Below are positions 60,324-64,000 of a stretch of 64,000 nt of DNA, one piece after another; within the stretch, counting starts at the first letter, position 1, and every line of letters starts with the position of its first letter. A model generated the notes under the pieces. The model ran no database searches. It worked only from the letters and a program-made list of their open reading frames with translations, and was not told the DNA's origin. Source of the DNA: Minisyncoccota bacterium (GTDB taxonomy: Bacteria; Patescibacteriota; Minisyncoccia; Phycocordibacterales; PALSA-1337). The position numbers and the translations under genes were made by a program. The stretch is taken from assembly GCA_041666915.1 (NCBI GenBank), contig JBAYFZ010000002.1, positions 14,771-78,770 of the forward strand. Direction: 5' to 3'.

Positions 60324-61124
60324 ATGTTTTTATTTGCAAAAAAATCATTAGGGCAACATTTTCTCAATTCCAAACATGTTTTGGAACAGATTATTGAATC
60401 TGCCAACATAAAAAAGGGGGAATTGGTATTAGAAATAGGTCCAGGCACAGGTATTTTGACGGAAGCACTTTTGAATACAGGAGCAAAAGTCATAACGGTT
60501 GAAAAAGATGATAGAGCAATAGAATTGCTAAGATCCAAATTCCAAACATCAATAACCAAACAACAACTAACATTAATTCATGGTGACGTGCTAGAAGATT
60601 CCTCAAACTGCATACCAAATGAGCCATATCTGATAGTTGCCAACATTCCTTACTACATCACTGGTGCAATCTTAGAAAAATTCCTAGAAAATGATCGTAA
60701 ACCAAATAGAATGATTCTCTTGGTACAAAAAGAAGTTGCCGACAGGATTACAACCAAAGATGATAAAGAAAGTATATTATCTATATCAGTCAAAGCCTTT
60801 GGTACACCAAAAATAGTCGCAAAAGTGCCTCGTGGAGCCTTCACACCACCACCAAATGTTGATTCAGCAATTCTCGCAATAGAAAATATTTCCGATAAAC
60901 TATTCAAAGAAAATAACGTCCAAATATCTAGCTTTTTTGCAGTTGTGAAGGCTGGATTTGCCCATAAACGCAAATATACTATAAGCAATTTGGGAGAAAT
61001 CATGGACAAAAATAAGCTTGCAGAGATTTGGAACACCTTAAAGATTGACCCGAAAATTAGATCCGAGAAAATGACACTAGAAAATTGGATCAATATCTCC
61101 AAACACCTCAACAGGCCTAACTAG
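60324..61124 (+). CDS. rsmA: 16S rRNA dimethyladenosine transferase
   Basis: KKSLGQHFL, LEIGPGTG, ANIPYYIT, PPPNVDSA. Confidence 0.97.
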   Translation: MFLFAKKSLGQHFLNSKHVLEQIIESANIKKGELVLEIGPGTGILTEALLNTGAKVITVEKDDRAIELLRSKFQTSITKQQLTLIHGDVLEDSSNCIPNEPYLIVANIPYYITGAILEKFLENDRKPNRMILLVQKEVADRITTKDDKESILSISVKAFGTPKIVAKVPRGAFTPPPNVDSAILAIENISDKLFKENNVQISSFFAVVKAGFAHKRKYTISNLGEIMDKNKLAEIWNTLKIDPKIRSEKMTLENWINISKHLNRPN

Positions 61125-62164
61125 TTTGGTGATGAGCCAACGGTTGGAGTTATATGGCCTTCTGAAGGTAAACTTCCGCAAGTCTCTCCAGTATTTACCA
61201 AACATTGACCAGTAAGTTTTGTATAATCTCCCAAAAGCCAACTTGTTTTAGGAATATTATAAGAAAGATGAGCTTGCGAACCTACCGTATATGTTAAAAG
61301 AGTTACCATTGTAGGAGGCAAAGGTCCAATAGTGAGAAGCCAACTAGCACTACAATCACAATAAAATGAATAAATGAGTGGTCCGCCAAATGGTGTACCG
61401 ACACCAGCAAAGGCTTCTTTAGGAACAAAAGAATCTTTTAGAAGCTCAAAAACCTCGTTAAAGGCGGTTTTTATAGGAAATTGCCCGTCTATTTCGTTAT
61501 TTTTAGAGATATTTTTGTCATTTTCTACCAATTTCATAAATTCTTTCTTTAGATCTGTTGATGTAGCAACATCTTTTAAAATTTTATCTTTAAGAAAAGC
61601 AATTCTTTCATTGGATAAGCCTTGTTTTTTTGAAACCTTCTCAAAAGAATCAATAAAGGTACTGAGATTGTTAAGATTTGGATTTGCTGGAACTTTCGGA
61701 ACTGTTACGGTAGTAGAAATAGGTACAATTGTGGGATTTGTAGGAATATTTATATTTGTAGCTGTAGAATTGGTAGGTATAACTGTAGTAGAAACTGTTG
61801 CCGAGCCCTGAAATAGCAAAGAAAGTACCTTGAGAGTACTTGGACCAACGATACCTGTGCCAAAAGACAGGCCATTTGGTGTCAAAATCTCATTTTTATA
61901 CTTTTCTTGAAGGCGAATGACTGCATTACGTGTTAAAGCACCGAAATATGTTGATTCTTGACCGGAAGACCCGATACCAACACTAGATATTCTCGTAGTA
62001 GAGTCTTGATTGAGTATTTTTTGTAAAACTTTCACATCTTCTCCAGACATTCCAACTTTTAACGTTCTTGAAATAGGGAATTGCACGGCTTGTGCAAGAT
62101 TTCCTGAAGACAATAAAAATATTGACGTGACTATTATAAAAAATGTGTAATTCTTTTTAATCAT
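61121..62164 (-). CDS. Secreted peptidoglycan-binding domain protein with Cys-rich C-terminus
   Basis: GEDVKVLQKILN, YFGALTRNAVIRLQ, GIVGPST. Confidence 0.8.
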   Translation of the reverse strand: MIKKNYTFFIIVTSIFLLSSGNLAQAVQFPISRTLKVGMSGEDVKVLQKILNQDSTTRISSVGIGSSGQESTYFGALTRNAVIRLQEKYKNEILTPNGLSFGTGIVGPSTLKVLSLLFQGSATVSTTVIPTNSTATNINIPTNPTIVPISTTVTVPKVPANPNLNNLSTFIDSFEKVSKKQGLSNERIAFLKDKILKDVATSTDLKKEFMKLVENDKNISKNNEIDGQFPIKTAFNEVFELLKDSFVPKEAFAGVGTPFGGPLIYSFYCDCSASWLLTIGPLPPTMVTLLTYTVGSQAHLSYNIPKTSWLLGDYTKLTGQCLVNTGETCGSLPSEGHITPTVGSSPN

Positions 62165-62308
62165 TAAGAATAATTATACCACTTAACTTAAAAAAGTATC
62201 ATTTTTATAACACCTGATTGTTGTCCGACAAATTACCTTCATAAAATCAACACTATCCCCACATTTTCATGATAAAAACCTGTCTTTTAAGCTATAATTG
62301 TGATTAGT

Positions 62309-63205
62309 ATGGCTAAATACTACCCACATAAACAGACGGTGCTTATTGCCATTATATGTACATTAATCGTAATCTGTACATTGGTATATATTCGCCCTCA
62401 AATTTTGATTAAAAATAATAGTCTTTCAAATGTAGAGATAAAAGCCGTCAATGAAGAGCAAAAAAATACAATATCCGATGTATCCAACACCGATTGGAGA
62501 AAAGCTTTTCTGACAACATCCAGCACAACTTCTGTATCTACAAAAACTTCAAACGGTTCCACAAAAAATACTACTGAAGAAAAATTAACTCTGACCGATC
62601 AACTCAGCAGGGATTTTTTCACCCGTTACGTAGAATTGAAGAAAAACAATCTATCAGAAGATAATGAATCCGTACAAAAGATTGTTGACCAAACTTTGAA
62701 CACCACTATAAATTCTGCTTCGCAACCAAAAATATACAACCTCTCTCATCTGACAATAATAGAAGACACTAGTTCCAATACTACCCATAGTTACGGAAAT
62801 AATATAGGAACGGTCTTTTCAAAAGACGGTCCTCGAGCAGATCCTGTCATGATAGTAAGTGACGCTTTAGAAAAAGGGGATATGAATTTACTAAAAAACA
62901 TAAAACCTATAATAACTTCTTACGATAAGATGATAAGAGCTGTCATAGCTACTCCAGTACCACGACCACTCGCAAATTACCATCTCAATCTCGTTAACTC
63001 TTTGAGCTCCATGCTTTTTGTTACACAAGGCCTAGAAAAAGTTTCTACCGATCCAGTACAGAGTATGCTGGCTATCAAACTTTATACCCCTACACAAGAG
63101 GCTATAAGGTTAGCACTCCTCAGTATGAATAGTTATTTCAATACAAATCGTGTCTATTTTACTAACAATGAACCAGGAATATTATTCGTAACTGTTCCAC
63201 AATAA
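62309..63205 (+). CDS. Membrane-anchored hypothetical protein
   Basis: N-terminal TM, LTDQLSRDFF, PVP..LA.YHL.LVNS. Confidence 0.75.
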   Translation: MAKYYPHKQTVLIAIICTLIVICTLVYIRPQILIKNNSLSNVEIKAVNEEQKNTISDVSNTDWRKAFLTTSSTTSVSTKTSNGSTKNTTEEKLTLTDQLSRDFFTRYVELKKNNLSEDNESVQKIVDQTLNTTINSASQPKIYNLSHLTIIEDTSSNTTHSYGNNIGTVFSKDGPRADPVMIVSDALEKGDMNLLKNIKPIITSYDKMIRAVIATPVPRPLANYHLNLVNSLSSMLFVTQGLEKVSTDPVQSMLAIKLYTPTQEAIRLALLSMNSYFNTNRVYFTNNEPGILFVTVPQ

Positions 63206-63212
63206 CAATTGT

Positions 63213-64000
63213 ATGTTTACAAAAAACAAAATAAAAAAGTTCGTTTCAGGAGTTTGTGTAATAGCAATTGTCTTCGTGTCATCCGTATATCCTTTGATAC
63301 AAACTGCACAAGCACAAGCACCAGCACCATCGCTAGGTGTTCCTATATCAACTGGTCAAGATTTTCAGAGTGTCATGAACTATCAAAAGAATTTCACTCT
63401 AGACAAGATCGCTACAATGATAGCAAAGCAAATACTTCACCAGATGACAGCTAGTGTAGTGAACTGGATAAACTCTGGTTTCAAAGGTAGTCCTGCATTT
63501 CTCACCAATCCAGAAGCTTTCTTTCTTGACGTTGGAGACCAGATAACTGGAGCATTCCTAGCCGGTAATGGACCTCTTTCATCTCTTTGTTCTCCATTTG
63601 TCATAGACCTTTCATTATCTCTAGCCCTAGGTCAGACCTCTATGGCGGACCAGAGATATACTTGTACATTGGGCAGGATTATTGAGGCACAGAAAAATGG
63701 ACCCGAGATCATCGTCAACGGAAGGTCAGTTCGTTCATCTTCTGGTTCAATGAACGGCTTCTTGGGTGGAGATTTCAATCAAGGTGGTTGGCCAGCATTC
63801 ATAGCACTCACAACAGAACAACAAAACAATCCTTACGGAGCAACCTTAGCTGCACAAAGTGATTTACGTTCAAGGATAAGTGCAAGACAAAATGTTATCA
63901 AAGCCGATATACAACTGGGAAGTGGTTTCATGTCATGGCAAAGTTGCAAAGATATCCCAGGGGCTTCAAATGTTGATCCCGAAGATCAGGTATCTGAAGT
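63213..64000 (+). CDS. Secreted hypothetical protein (runs off the window)
   Basis: Manual translation MFTKNKIKKF...AQAQ...MTASVVNWINSGFKGSPAFLTNP; no stop seen in the stretch read. Confidence 0.75.
   Translation, partial: MFTKNKIKKFVSGVCVIAIVFVSSVYPLIQTAQAQAPAPSLGVPISTGQDFQSVMNYQKNFTLDKIATMIAKQILHQMTASVVNWINSGFKGSPAFLTNPEAFFLDVGDQITGAFLAGNGPLSSLCSPFVIDLSLSLALGQTSMADQRYTCTLGRIIEAQKNGPEIIVNGRSVRSSSGSMNGFLGGDFNQGGWPAFIALTTEQQNNPYGATLAAQSDLRSRISARQNVIKADIQLGSGFMSWQSCKDIPGASNVDPEDQVSE

Noticed and set aside
44753-62289. Shared AAAACCTGTCTTTTA near yraN and the 62309 gene
   Set aside because: Short, AT-rich and in inconsistent orientation to the genes; chance cannot be excluded
63209-63454. 81-aa ORF from the track
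   Set aside because: Wrong frame; the frame from ATG 63213 gives a signal peptide and a long open reading frame

Overview
AT-rich bacterial chromosomal window whose gene content and protein sequences point to Patescibacteria/CPR (Parcubacteria-like); this placement is an inference. It holds the str cluster (rpsL, rpsG, fusA, tuf) split by two RelBE-type toxin-antitoxin pairs, a type IV pilus operon, competence genes (comEC, a stand-alone ComEC-type metallo-beta-lactamase, comM), housekeeping genes (recJ, rnhA, pgk, tpiA, nusA, hppA, tig, clpP, rny, hup, cca, xth, a Xer recombinase, rpsO, pnp, pcrA, rsmA) and four tRNAs. Main points of interest: (1) a complete diversity-generating retroelement (RT, antisense Avd, TR, VR/target) with adenine-specific TR-to-VR changes and a 1-nt VR deletion; (2) a 56-bp promoter box of four 11-bp-phased repeats shared by the three competence genes, a candidate competence regulon; (3) ComEC carrying a C-terminal PBECR/RelE-like nuclease domain overlapped by a convergent, separately promoted structured RNA, while the MBL partner has lost its metal ligands; (4) a second nuclease plus convergent RNA module (DUF3800); (5) a ~410-nt promoter-to-terminator structured non-coding region; (6) families of palindromic intergenic repeats and an 83-bp duplication of the nusA promoter. 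All calls were made by eye; no searches were run.
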